Below are positions 1-12,762 of a DNA stretch of 64,000 nucleotides, in pieces. Below the pieces are notes generated by a model. That model did not search any database and was not told where the DNA came from. It worked only from the letters and a program-made list of their open reading frames with translations. Source of the stretch: Scenedesmus sp. PABB004 (lineage: Eukaryota); the NCBI GenBank assembly GCA_014905635.1, contig CM026547.1, positions 1,240,001 through 1,304,000 on the forward strand, in the 5' to 3' direction. Each line of letters starts with the position of its first letter. Within the stretch, counting starts at the first letter, position 1. The translations under genes and the position numbers were made by a program.

Positions 1-1486
1 CGTGGCGCTGCGGCACAGCGGCGACGCGGAGCGCCTCTGCGCCGCCGTGCACGCGCGCGAGCTGCCGCGCGCGGCGCCGGCCGTCGACCTGGGCGACCCC
101 CGCTCGGTCGCTGAGTTTGCGGCCGGCCTCACCGGCTCGCCCGACCCGCTCGACCTGCTCGTGCTGCACGCCGGGGAGCCGGCGCGGCGCGGCCGCCGCT
201 GGTACACCCAGCAGGGCGTGGCCGGCACCGCGCAGGCCGGCTTCCTGGGCCCCGCGACCCTGCTGCACCGCTTGCGCGGCAAGCTCGCCGACGGCGGCGG
301 CGCGGTGCTGCTGACCGCGTCGCCGCTGCACCGCCTGGGCCGCGTCGACGACGCGGATGTGAGTGTGGAGGGGGGAGAGGGGAGGGGGCAGCGCAGCGCG
401 CGTGCAGCGCCGACCACGGCCAGCGCAGCCACCTGACGCTCGCGCCCGCCCGCACGCCGCAGGAGCTGGCGACGGTGTGGGGCGCCAGCAGCGCGCCCAA
501 CGCGCAGGCCGCGCTGCTTGCGTACGCGCGCCAGCTGGCGCTGCGCGAGGGCGTCGACGTCGCGGCGGCGGACCTTGGCCTGCTGCGCGAGCAGCCGCTG
601 GCGGGCTCGGTGCTGCGCAAGCTGCCGCCGGTTCACCTGCTGCTGCAGCTGCTGCTGCCCCCGGCGGCCGACGCCGCGCGCCTGCTGGCCGGCTGCGCGG
701 AGCAGCTGCTGCGCGCCGGCGAGGGCGGCGGCCTGCAGGCGGAAGGCGGGCCGGGCGGCGCGGCGGGGCCAGGGGCCGCGACGGCCGCGCCCGGCCGGGC
801 GCCGCGCGGCGCCGATGCGGAGCCCCTTGACCAGGGCCGCGCGCGCGGGGCGACCGAGCCCGGCGCCCGCCCCGCCGAGGCGCCGGCGGGCGAGGCCGAG
901 GCGGGGAGCGCGGCGCGGGCCACGGAGGCCGATCGTCCCCTGCCGGAGGGCCGCGAGCGCACGCGCGGCGCCGCCGCGCCGCCGCGCCCCGCCAGGGAGG
1001 CGTTCAGGTGCGGCAGGCGCCGCGGCGCAGTGGCTCGCACACAGAGACTCTCTCGGCGCCTCGCGCGCGTCGCTCTCACCACGCGCGCGCCGCCCAGCGC
1101 TGCCCGGCGCCCGCAGCTACCAGTCGCGCGGACTGCTCGCGACGCCGCTGCTGACCCAGCTGGACCTCGCGGCGCGCGGGAGCTGGGCCACGCGCGCGCT
1201 CGCGGGGCTCGCCGCACCCTGGTGGGACCTGGCCGCCTTGGCGCTCATGCACGGCGCGCTGCTGGCGGACTGGCCCCTGCGCGGGCTGCTCGCGCCCGGC
1301 GTGGCGCTCGCGCCGGGCGCCGCCGCGCGCCTGCAGCGTGCCATGCCGGGCGTTCACGGCGCGGGGCGCGGCACGGGCTCGATCGGCGTCGCGCCGGCGG
1401 CGGTCGTGGTCAGCGAGCGCACGGGCGACGCGCTGTGGCGCCTGGTCGACCGCGCGGCGGGCGGCGAGCCTGAGGCGGGCGCGTGA
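1..1486 (+). CDS. Short-chain dehydrogenase/reductase-like protein (retinol dehydrogenase-like), 5' partial, spliced
   Basis: Exons ~<1-358, 463-1007 and 1117-1486 (GT at 359 and 1008; AG at 461-462 and 1115-1116). SDR-like motifs: VDLGDPRSVAEFA, LDLLVLHAG, VLLTASPLHRLG, and C-terminal GDALWRLVDR. TGA at 1484-1486. Confidence 0.6.
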
Positions 1487-2026
1487 GGCGAGCGCGTGAG
1501 GCGAGCGGAGTTGGCGCTCTCGAGTTGCGTCCTCGTTTGTCACAATTGAGCGTGACCCCGACGCGCGTCCCCGATCGCCGCAGCCCCGCCCCGCCAATCA
1601 GGGGAGGCATCAAATGCACAGTGTGTGTGTGTTGGGTTTTGGGGTTTCACACGCGCCAGCCAGACAGCCTGCAGGTGACAAGGGCCGCCCCGGGCCGTCG
1701 CGTGCTGGCGCGAGGGCACCGGCGCGCGAGGCACCGCGGGCGGCGGTGCAGCAGGCCTGCGGCCCCAGCGCGGCACGGCAATTGCCGACGCACACGACGC
1801 AACGCACAACGCAGCACACACACAGAGATACATACATACATACATACATACACACACAGACGCGGGCCGCGTGGGTTGGGTTTTTCTTGCGCGGCCGCCT
1901 GACGGCACAGGACAAGTACAAGGTGCGCGCAGGCGTGCCGAAGAGTGCGCGCAGCGCGGCGGCGCGCTCGCGCAGCGGCGCCCGCCGCCGCCGGCGCGCG
2001 CCAGCCAGCGACGGCGCGGCCGCGCC

Positions 2027-2572
2027 TCACGCCGGCGGCAGGGCGAACGTGCCGCTGCTGCTCACATCGCTCGAGCCGCCGCTCGTGGCCATGGGCGACG
2101 CGCCGGCGCTCGCGCGCTGCAGGTGCGCGGCGGCGCCGCCGGCGTGCGCGCGCCGCGCCGCCCAGCCCGGGTCGACGTCCAGCGCCGCGAGCTGGCGGTC
2201 CAGCGGCGCGATGCGGCCGTGGCAGTAGTCGCGGAACGCGTCGCACCGCGCGATGACGCGCGCGACGGTGGGGTCCTCGCGAATCAGCCCCAGCGCCCCC
2301 GGCGGCGCGCCGGGCGCGACGCCCCGCCGCCGCCAGCCGCCGCGCCGCCAGCCGCCGGCGCTCGGCGCCGGCGTCGCGGCGGCGGTGCTGGTCGCGGAGT
2401 GCGGCTCCGACGCGCTGCCGCTGCCGAACGACGCCTGCTGCGCCGGCTGGCGCGGCTGCGCGCCCGGGGCCGGGGCGCCGGCGCTGCCAAACTCGTGAAC
2501 GCCGGGAGGGGCGAAGCAGCGCGGCAGCAGCCAGTGCAGCAGCCCCGCCCCGCCGGGGCCGCCAGGCCCGCC

Positions 2573-2606
<34 letters not shown>

Positions 2607-3551
2607 TGCTGCTGCTGCTGGTGCTGCTTCTGCTGCTGCTGCTGGTGGCCCGGGACGCCGCCGTGCTCGCCGCCGCTGCTGATGCTCCGGCTGCTGCTGC
2701 TGGGGGTGAGCACGGGCGAGGTCGCGGCGCTGCTGCCGACGTTGGGCGACACGCGCGCGTAGTGCTGCGCCGGCGGCGGCGGCTGCCACTGCCCGCCGCC
2801 CGCGCCCCACGACTTGCTCGCCAGCTGCGGCGCGCTGCCGCGCCGCCGGAAGAGCCCGCCGCCGCCGCCGCCGCCGCTCGCGCCGCTCGCCGCGCTCACG
2901 CCACTGCAGGCGCTGCAGCGCGACAGGCGGTCGAGCTTCATCTGCGAGCTGAACGCGCTGCAGCGCTCCGGGACGAGGTCCACGACCAGCACCGACATGT
3001 CGCCGCGGTCGTGCAGGTGCGCGCGGCGCCGCGCCGCGCGCCGCAGCAGCGCGTCGGCCGCGTGCGGCAGGCTCACGTCGCGCAGCGCGTCGGCGGCCTT
3101 CTGGAAGGTCTCAAACGCGTCCCACACGGTGCTGCTCGCCACGATCAGCCGGCTCGCGCGCCGCGGCAGCCACACCTGCGGGCCGCGGCGCGGCGCGGAG
3201 GGCCTCACGCGCGGCGCGGCGCGGCGCGCGGCGGGCCGCCGCCCCTCGCTGCAGCCCTTGCTGCGCCGCGCGGCGCGTTGGCCCCTGCGCCGCCGCCGGC
3301 GCCGGCGCACCTGCTGGATGTACGGGTGGGGGATGACGTGCTCGCCGCAGTCAAAGCTGCCGATCGCGCGCGACATGTGCAGCCCGCCCGGCCACAGGCG
3401 CAGCGGCCCGCAGCCCGTCTCGCCCGGCGCCGCGGGGCCCGACAGGTCGAAGCGCAGGCGCGCCACGCGCGCGCCCGCTGCGGACGCGGCGGCGGCGGCG
3501 GCAGCGCACGCGTGAGGCGGAGAGGGGGGGAGCCTGCTGCGTGCGGCGCTG

Positions 3552-3586
<35 letters not shown>

Positions 3587-4196
3587 CCGCAGCGCGCGCG
3601 CGCCTCCCCCGCTGCGCGCCGCGCCGCGCGCGCCGCGCACCCGCGTCGAGGCGCTCCTCCTCCTCCTCGTTGTCGCCCAGGCGGTGGTCCTGGGTGCACT
3701 CAAACGCGGTGTGGCCGACGTCGAGCACGCAGCGCGCGCTGCCCACGTTGGCGACCGTGAGCAGGCCGCCCGCCTGCACCGCGACCGTGGCCGACGTGCC
3801 GCACCCGCCGCGGCCGCTGCCCCACGACCAGCCGCCGCCGCCGCCGCCGCCGTGCGCCGCCGCCTCCTGCAGCGCCGCGTGGCGCTGGCTGACCGCGAGC
3901 TGCAGGAACACGGCCGCGAGCGCGCGGCGCACGTGGTCGGCGTAGTGGTAGCGCGCGCCCGCCTCGAGCGGGAGCGGCCCCGCCGGCAGGCGGGCCTGCA
4001 GCAGGCCAACGAGCTGCTCCGCGCACGACCGCGCCGCGTCGGGGCCGCCGTGGCCGTCGAAGAGCGCCCAGACGCTGTAGTGCGGCCCGCCCGCGCGCGG
4101 CGCGGCGAGCACGTAGTCCTCGTGCCGCTGCAGCGCCTGCGCGTGCGACCCCGTCGCGCTGTACGGCGCCGCCGAGCCGTGCAGCATCGCGGGCAT
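2027..4196 (-). CDS. Protein phosphatase 2C (PPM) family protein, probably catalytically impaired; Gln/Gly-rich C-terminus
   Basis: Motifs RHED, WALFDGHGG, GTSATVAV, LTVANVGSAR, TQDHRL, GPLRLWPGGLHMSRAIG and RLIVASSTVWD. Two GT-AG introns (donors at ~3640 and ~3310). Confidence 0.85.
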
Positions 4197-5152
4197 GGCC
4201 GCCGTCGTGGCCGTCGCCGTCGCCGGCCGCGTCAGGGGCCGGCGCGCGCGCGCAGGCCGCGAGCGGCAGCGCCGGCGGCGCCCGTCGCTGCTGCCGCCGC
4301 CACTGCCCGGCGCGGCACGGCGCGCGCGGGCGGCCGCGCACGCGAGGTCTCCGTGGCCCCGGCCGCCGGGAGCGGCCGCGTGCCGGCGCAGCGGCGCCGG
4401 CCACGCAAAAGGTGCCGCTCGCCTGCGAGCAGCGCGGTGGAAGGTGCCCCCGCTGGCTCCGCGCGGCCCCGTTCCGCGCTGTCCTCGTCCGGGGCCGGTC
4501 GCCGACTGGCCGGGCGAGGCGGGGCGCCGCGCGTGGCCCGGGCCGTTGGCGACAGAAGCCCTTGCGCCCCGCTCGATCCGTGATGCGACTGCGGGGAGTC
4601 GCGAGATTGTTCAGGCGGCGGACGCGACGGCTCGGCGAGAGCGCGCCGGCGAGCGGCGCCTGCTCGCCGCGCCCGCTCGCCGCTGCCGCCGCCGCAGCCC
4701 GCGGCAGGCGCTGCGCCGTGCGGGTGGTGTGTGTGATCGTACTGCGACGCGGCACGGCTGGGTTCCAGCTCCCCCGCCGCGCGCCGCACGGCACGCCGCG
4801 CGGCCGGCCGCGCGGCCGGCGCAGCACGCGCGCCGCGGCGGCCGGCGTGCCGGCGCGGGCGAAGCGGGCGACGCGCTCGGGCCGGGTTGGCCCGGCCGTG
4901 CCCAGGCGGGTGGTCCGCGCGAGAAGCACCACGCTTCATCGGGCAGGCCCTGCCCGGCAGGGCACGCGAACAGTCGGCGATGCGTTCGAATGCGGCGCGC
5001 CCCGCTCGCCCCCCGGCCCCCGCGCCCGCGATCCCCACTCCGCGCCGCCCACCCCCGCGCGCGCCCCGCCCCGGCCACGCCGCATGCGCCGCTGCGCGGC
5101 CCAGCAGCAGCGCGCGGGCACCGCCTGAGCGCGCGCCGAGCCGCGCCGGGCC

Positions 5153-8100
5153 ATGGCGGCCCCCGGGGAGGAGGCGGGCGATGTGGAGGTCGACTACCGG
5201 CGCGCCACGGGGCGCATAGACCGGCTGGAGGTGGAGAACTTCAAGTCCTACCGCGGTCATCAGCAGATTGGGCCCTTCAAGAGCTTCACCGCCATCGTGG
5301 GCCCCAACGGCAGCGGCAAGAGCAACCTCATGGACGCCATCAGCTTCGTGCTGGGCGTGCGCACCGCGCAGCTGCGCGGCTCGCTGCGGGAGCTGCTCTA
5401 CGCCGCGGGCGACGCCGCCGCCGCGGGCGGCGCCGCCGCCGACGCGGCGGCGCGGCCGCGCCGCGGCTACGTCAAGCTCGTCTACGAGACCGACGCCGGC
5501 GAGGAGGTGGCCTTCTCGCGCGTCATCCAGCCCTCCGGCGGCGACGCGGGCGGGGGCTACGCGTCCGTGTACAAGATCGACGACCGCGCCGTCACGTGGG
5601 ACGCGTACAGCCGCCGCCTCGCGGGCTACGGCATCCTGGTCAAGGTCCGAAACTTCCTGGTCTTCCAGGTGCGCGGCGTGGGAGCGGGGGCGGGGGCGGG
5701 AGCGGCGCGGCGGCCGGGCCGGGGCCGGGCGGCGCGCGCGGCGGGCACGGCGGCGGCGCAGGCGGCGCGCGGGCGACGACGGCGCGCCGCGCCGCGCCGC
5801 GCGCCGCGCGCCGCGCGCAGGGCGACATCGAGAAGGTCGCGTCGCGCTCGCCCGAGCAGCTCACGGCGCTGTTTGAGCAGATCGCGGGCAGCGACGTGCT
5901 CGCCAAGCCCTACGACGACGCGGCGGCCGAGAAGGCGCGCGCGGAGGAGGCCGCGGCGCTGCTGTTTGCCAAGAAGAAGGCCGTGGCCGCGGAGCGCAAG
6001 CAGAAGCGCGAGCAGAAGGAGGAGGCCGAGCGCCACATCGCGGCGCAGGAGGCGCAGGTGCGGCGCGGGGGCGCGCGGCGCGCGGGCGTGCGGCGGCGGC
6101 GGCGGCGGCGGCGGCGGCAGCGGCAGCGTATGCTTGCGCAGGCGGCCGACGCCGCCCGCCCGCCCGCCTGCCCGCCCGCCGCCCCGCGCCGCGCAGCGTG
6201 AGCGCCGCGCGCACTTCTACCTGTGGCAGCTGTACCAGCTGCAGCAGGACGAGGCGGGCGCGCTGCAGCAGCAGCAGGACCTCGCGGACCAGCTCGCGCA
6301 GCTGTCGGAGGCGCACGGCGCGTTTGAGGCCAAGCTCGACGAGGCGCGGCGGGGGCAGAGCGGGCTCGTGCGCGAGCGCATGCGCGTTGAGAAGGAGCAG
6401 AAGAAGCTGCAGAAGAAGCGCGACAACAAGGTGCGCCAGCGGGGCGTGGGGCGCGGGGCGCCAGCGGGCGGCCAGCATGGCGCGGCGGCGCTGCGCGCCC
6501 ACGCCGCCGCGTGCCGCCCGCCGCCCGCCCGCCGCCGCCGCCGCGCAGGACCCCGCGCGCGCGCGGCTGCGCGAGGAGGCGGCGCGGCTCGTGCGCAAGA
6601 TCGGGGCGGGCAAGAACGACATCGACAACCTCAGCCGCGCGGCCAAGGCGCAGGCAAAGCGCCTCGCCAAGCTGCGCAAGGACCTGGCCGCGCTGCAGGA
6701 CGCGCGGGTGCGGCGGCGCGCGGCGGCGCTGGCGTGGGGCGGCGGCGCGGCGCGCGCTTACCCCGCCCGCTGCCGCGGCGCCGCCGCCGCCGCCGCAGGC
6801 GCGGCTGGACGCGGACGCGAGCGAGGGCGAGGAGGGGCTGGCGCTCGACCCCGCGCAGCTGGCCGAGTACCGCCGCCTGCAGGGCGAGGCGGACGCCAAG
6901 GCCAGCCGGCTGCTGCAGGAGCGGAGTGCGCTCGCCGCGCAGCTCAAGGTGCGCGCCGCCAGCGGCGCCAGTCCGCGCGCGCGCCGCGCGCCGCGCAGGC
7001 GAGAGGCGCAGCCAGCGGCGGCGAGGCCGCGCCGGCCAACGGCCGCCGTGCCGCGCCGCCGCCAGGTGGACGAGTCTGGCCTCGCGCGGCTGCAGCAGGC
7101 GGCGGCCTCCAAGGCCGCCCGGCTCGAGGCGCAGCGCGCCAAGCTGGCCGCGCTGCGCGAGCGCGCCGCCGCGGCGGCGGCCGAGGCGGAGCACGAGCTC
7201 GCGGCCGCGCTCGCGGCCAAGCGCAAGGAGGCCAAGGCCGCGCAGGCCGAGCAGCGCAAGGCCAGGTGCGCGCAGCGCGCAGCGCGCGCAGCGGCGTGCG
7301 CCCCTGTCGGCGCGGCCGCCGACGCGCCTGCGCGCCGCCGCCGCCGCGCCCGCAGCTCGCAGCGTGACGCCCTGCTGGGCAAGCTGCGCGAGCTGGAGGG
7401 CCGCCTCGCTGCGAGCAAGAGCGTGCGCCAGGCGACCGACCGCGAGCGCCGCCTCGCGTCGGCGGCGGCCAAGCTGCAGAAGGACGTGCCGGGTGCGCCG
7501 CGCGCCTGCCGCGCGCGCGCGTGGCGCGCGCCGCCGGCGCTGCCGCGGCGCGCCGCGCCGCGCGCGTCCCTCCGCGAGACCCCCCCCCCCCCGCGCGCGG
7601 CCCGCGCGCGGTGCGCCTGCGGCGGCGGCGCGCAGGCGTGTTTGGGCGCGTGAGCGAGCTCGCGCGCGTGACCAACCGCAAGTACAACCTCGCGATGGCG
7701 GTGGTCATGCAGCAGAGCCTCGACGCCGTCGTGGTGGAGAGCAAGGCCGCCGGCTTTGCCTGCGTCGACTACCTGCGCGCCGCCAAGTGCGCGGCGCACT
7801 GCCGCCGCCTCACGCCGCGCGTGCGCCGCAGACGCCCGCCTCACTTTATGCGCCCACTGCGCCTCGCCCCCCCCCCCTCGCCCACGCACCCACCCACCCA
7901 CCCACCACACCCACCCATCCACCCACACAGGCTGGAGCGCATGGACTTCATCCCCCTGGACTCGTGCGAGGCGCGGCCGCTGCCGGAGCGGCTGCGCCGC
8001 CTCGGCGGCACCTCCGCGCCCGCGCTCGACCTGCTCGCCTATGAGCCGCGCTTCGAGCGCGCCATGGCGCACGTCTGCGGGTGCGGCGCGCGGCCGCGTC

Positions 8101-10307
8101 ACGCCATGCGCGCCGAGCATGCTGCGCAGCGCAGCGCAGCGCAGCGCCGCGCAGCGCGGGGCGCGCGCAACTGACGCGGCGCATGCGTGACCCGCGCGCG
8201 CGCCGCGCAGCTCCACGCTCGTGGTCGACGGCATCGACGAGGCGCGCGGCCTCTGCTACGGCGCCGAGCGCCACAAGGTCGTCACGCTCGATGGCACGCT
8301 GTTCAAGCCCAACGGCACCTTCACGGGTGCGCGCCGCGCGGCCGCGCGGCCGCGCGCGCGCGGCGCGGGCGCTGGCGAGCGGCCGCGGTCGCGGCCGCGC
8401 CGCCGGCGGCAGCTGCTCACCGCCGCGGCGGGCGGGCGGCCGCCCGCGCGCGCCCGGTCGCAGGCGGGCGGTCGGCGGGCATCGACGCGCGCGCGAGCCG
8501 GTGGGACGCTGAGGAGTATGAGGCGCTCAAGGCGCAGCGGGAGGCGCTCAAGGAGGAGATCAACGTGCGCCTGCTTGCCTGCGCCCGCGGCAGGGGGCGG
8601 GGCGGGGTCGGCGCGCGGGCATGCGGCCGGCGGGGCGGCCAGCGGGAGAGGCCTGGGGCCGGGCCGGGGGGCGCGCCGGCGCCGCCGACCGACCAACCGA
8701 CTGAGCGGCGGCGCGGCGCCGCCCGCCGCCGCGCGCGCAGGCGCTGCCGGACGTGCGGTCGTGCAGCGCGGCGGCGCAGGCGCTGGAGGTTGCAGCGCAG
8801 CAGCTGGAGCAGCGCATCAAGTTCAAGCGCGCCGAGGCGCAGCAGGCGCGCGAGGAGAGCGAGGCGCTGCAGGTGCGCACGCCTGGCGCCGCGCGGCGCG
8901 CGGGCGCAGCGCTCCGCCACGGCGCGCGCCCGCGGCGCGGGGCCCGCCTCGGGCCCCGACGGCCGCCCCGCCCCGGCGCCGCGCCGCAGCGCGACGTCGC
9001 GCTGCTCGAGGCGGCCGCGGGCAGCGCGGAGGCCGACCCGCAGCTCGCGGCGCTGGACGCGGCGGCGGCGGAGAAGCGCGGCGCGCTGGGCCGCCTGGAG
9101 GCGCGGCTGAACGAAGTGAAGGACCGCCTCTTCGCCGACTTCAGGTGTGTGTGCGTGCGTGTGTGGCGCGCGGCCGCGCGCGCAGCCGCTGTGAGCCGGG
9201 GCGCGGCGCGCTGGCCCGCGCGCGCCGCCGGGCCGCCGCCGACCCCGCCCCGCCCGTGTGCGCCCCGCCCGTGTGCGCCCCGCCCGCGCGAGCAGCAAGC
9301 ACGTCGGCGTGCCCAACATCCGCGTGTGGGAGGAGACGACGCTCGCGGCGGCGACCAAGCTCGACGAGGAGCGCCAGCAGCTCGAGGAGCAGGCGCGCCG
9401 GGGCGCGCGCGCGCGCGCACGCCGCGGCCGCGGCCCGCCTGCGCCGAGCCACGCGCGCGCGCGCGTGGCGGCGCGCCCCTGGCCAGCCACCCACCCGCGA
9501 CCGCCCCGCCCGCCCGCGCGGTGCCGCGCGGCGCCGCGCAGATTGACAAGCTGAGCGAGCAGGTCGCATATGAGGAGGAGCGCGGCGCGCCAGCCGAGCT
9601 CGCGGCCAAGCAGGCGGCGCTGGCGGAGGACGAGGCCAAGCTGGCGGGGCTGCGCGAGCAGGAGGCGGAGCTCGAGGCCTCGGCCGCGCAGCTGGGCGAG
9701 CAGGGCGAGGCGCTCAAGGCCCAGATGGAGGCGCTGCGCCAGCAGGTGCGCGGCGCCGGCGCCCGCGCGGCGCGCCGGCCGGCCAGGCGGCCAGGTTGGC
9801 TGGTGGTGCTCGGAGCCAGCAGCGCGCGCACGCACCCCCGCCCCCGCCCCCCTGAACCCCGCAGGCCGAGGCGGCGGCGGTGAACATCAAGGAGCTGCAG
9901 GCCACCGCGGCCAACTACCAGAAGGACGCGGGCCGCCTGCGCGGCAACATGGCCGCCGCCGCGACGGCGGTTGAGGCGGCGCGCAGCGCGCGGCGCGGGC
10001 TGCTGGAGGCGGCGACGCTCGAGCAGGCGCGCGGGCGGGCGGCGCGGCGGCGGGCGCAGCAGCGGCGGCGCTGCCGTCTCACGCGCTCGCCGCCCACTGC
10101 GCAGGTGGACCTGCCGCGCCGCCCCGGCAGCGGCGCCGCCGGCGACGGCGAGGGCGCTGACGGAGCGGAGGCCATGGACGTGGACGAGTCGCCGCCGGCC
10201 GACAGCGACGCGGCGGGCGCGAGCGGCGGCGCGCGCAAGGGCCGCGGCGGCGGTGAGCGGCCAGGCGCTTCAGCCTGCGCACGCGCACCGCTGGCGCGCC
10301 CCTCTCA

Positions 10308-10340
<33 letters not shown>

Positions 10341-11921
10341 GCAGCGTTTGACTTTTCGCGTCTCTCCGCGGCGGACAAGGCGGCCGCCACGGGCAGCAAG
10401 AAGGAGCGCGAGGCCACCGCCAAGCGCTTCAAGGAGGTGCGGCGCCGCGCGTCGCCAGCGCACTCGCTCGCGGCGCCGCCGCGCGGCGGCCGCGCAGCAG
10501 CGCCCGGCGGCGGCGCGCGCGCCGACCGACCCCCGCGCCGGCCGCCGCAGGAGCTCGACGCCGCGGCCGCCGAGCTCGCCGCGGCGGCGCCCAACATGAA
10601 GGCCCCCGAGCAGTACGAGGCGGTGCGCGAGAAGGAGCGCGCGCAGGCGGCGGCGCTCGAGGCCGCGCGCAAGGCGGCGGGCGAGGCGGCCAAGGCCTTC
10701 CTGCGCCTGCAGCAGAAGCGCACCGCGCGCTTCAACGCCGCGTTCGAGCACATCCGGTGCGCGCCCGCCGCCGCGCCGCGCCCGCGCGCTGCCCGCCCAT
10801 GCGAACCCCGCGCCCGGCCCGCCCCGCGCCGCGCCTGGCCCTCGCCCCCACCCACACCACGCCGCGGCGCACGCGCGCCCCCCCCCCCCCCCCCCCCGCC
10901 ACACCCGCAGGTCAAGCATCGACGCGATCTACAAGCAGCTCACCTGCAGCGCGGTGCACCCGCTCGGCGGCCAGGCGTACCTGGCGCTGGAGGCGGAGGA
11001 CGAGCCCTTCCTGGGGGGCGTCAAGTACACCGCCATGCCGCCGACCAAGCGCTTCAGGGACATGGAGCAGCTCTCGGGTGCGTGGCCGCGGCGGCGGCGG
11101 CGGCGGCGGCGCGCCGGCCGCGGCCGCGCCGGGCGGGCGGGCGGGGCCTCGGCGAGGGGCGGCGGGGCCTCGGCGGGGGGGCGGCAGCGCGCGTGCGCGT
11201 GTGCGCGGCGCGCGACGGCCGGCCGGCCGCCCGGGTGGCCGCAGGCGGCGAGAAGAGCGTGGCGGCGCTGGCGCTGCTGTTTGCCATCCACTCGTACCGC
11301 CCCAGCCCCTTCTTCGTGCTGGACGAGGTGAGCCCGCGCTGCGCGCCAGAGGGGGGGGGGGCGCACCGGCGGAGGCCGGGCCGGGAGCCGCGGGGCCCGG
11401 CGGGGGCTGTGCGCGGGGCTGACGCGCGCCGCGCCGCGCCGCGCCGCAGGTCGACGCGGCGCTGGATGCGACCAACGTCGCGCGCGTCGCACACTACATC
11501 CGCGCCTGCACGCGCGGCGGCGGCGCAGTGCCGCCGCCGGGGCCCGCGCCGCCCAAGCGCGCGCGCCGCGACGGCGCCGACGGCGAGGCCGACGGCGCCG
11601 GCGAGGCTGCCGAGGCTGGCGGCGAGGCTGGCGAGGCTGGCGGGCTGGAGAGCTTCCAGAGCATCGTCATCAGCCTCAAGGACATCTTCTATGAGAAGGT
11701 CAGGGGGCAGGGCCAGGGGGCAGGGCCACGGGCAGCGGGGCGCGGCGGGCCGGACCCGCCGCGACAGAGTCTGCTCTCACCCGCCCGCGCCCGCGCCCGC
11801 GCCCGCGCGCGCCCGGCAGGCGGACGCGCTCGTGGGCGTGTGCCGCGACCTGGACCAGAACTGCAGCAAGACCTTCACCTTTGACCTGGGGCGCTTTGAG
11901 CCGCCCGCAGAGGCGCTGTGA
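5153..11921 (+). CDS. SMC1: Structural maintenance of chromosomes protein 1 (cohesin subunit), ~23 exons
   Basis: N-terminal [31 protein letters not shown] (Walker A) and [17 protein letters not shown]. Hinge GVFGRVSEL...FIPLD...[11 protein letters not shown]-terminal [51 protein letters not shown] and QSIVISLKD. 22 introns traced, 2 of them GC-AG (9393-9541, 10027-10104). Confidence 0.97.
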
Positions 11922-12292
11922 GCGCCGGCGGGGCGCGGAGCACGGCGCGGCGCGCCTGTACATCTGAGGAGGGGGGGGGGGGGGGGCGGGACGCATCACC
12001 ACGGCGGCGGGGGCCGCAGCAGCGTTTGACCGTGTGCGCACGTGACGGGCGGCGGGGGCGGCGCGGGGGCGGCGCTCTGGGGGCGCGCCGGGGCGGGCGG
12101 GCAGGGCACGGTCCGGCGGCGGCGCCCCCGATCGGGCGGCGGGCGGCCGGGGGGCATTCAGGCTGCATGTCGTGTGCGGCGCGCGGCGCCTGCTTGCATG
12201 CGCGACGGCAGAAGAGTTGCAACCGCGAGGCGCGTTTGCAGTCGCCGCGCAGCCAACGCGCGCACGCGCGCACACCGCAGCGCGCGCGTGCC

Positions 12293-12728
12293 TCAGAGCT
12301 CGCCGTAGCCGCCGCCGCCCGCGTCGTCGCCGTCGGGCGGGGTCGCCGGCAGCTCGTCGTCGCTGGCCTCCATGCCGCCGACGCCCTCGCCGCCGGGCTC
12401 GCACGCCTCGGGGATGAACAGCTCCTGATACGGCGCCTGCTGCTCGTAGTGCTGCTGCTGCAGCTGCTGCCCAACCTGCTGCTGCTCCAGCTGCATCGCC
12501 GCCATCGCCTGCTCCGGCTGCGGCGGCGGCGGCGCCGCCGCCTGCCACGGCGCCGCCGCCCCAGGCGGCGGGTACTGCTGCTGCGGCGGCGGCGGCGAGA
12601 GGCGCTGCAGCGGCGCGGCCTGCAGCCCGTGCGCGGCGGCCTGGCGGTAGTAGGCCGCGCGCACGTCGTGGCGCAGGCCAGGCAGCGCCTCGGGGTCGTC
12701 CACCTGGCTGTCGCCGGGCGGCGGCGCC

Positions 12729-12762
<34 letters not shown>

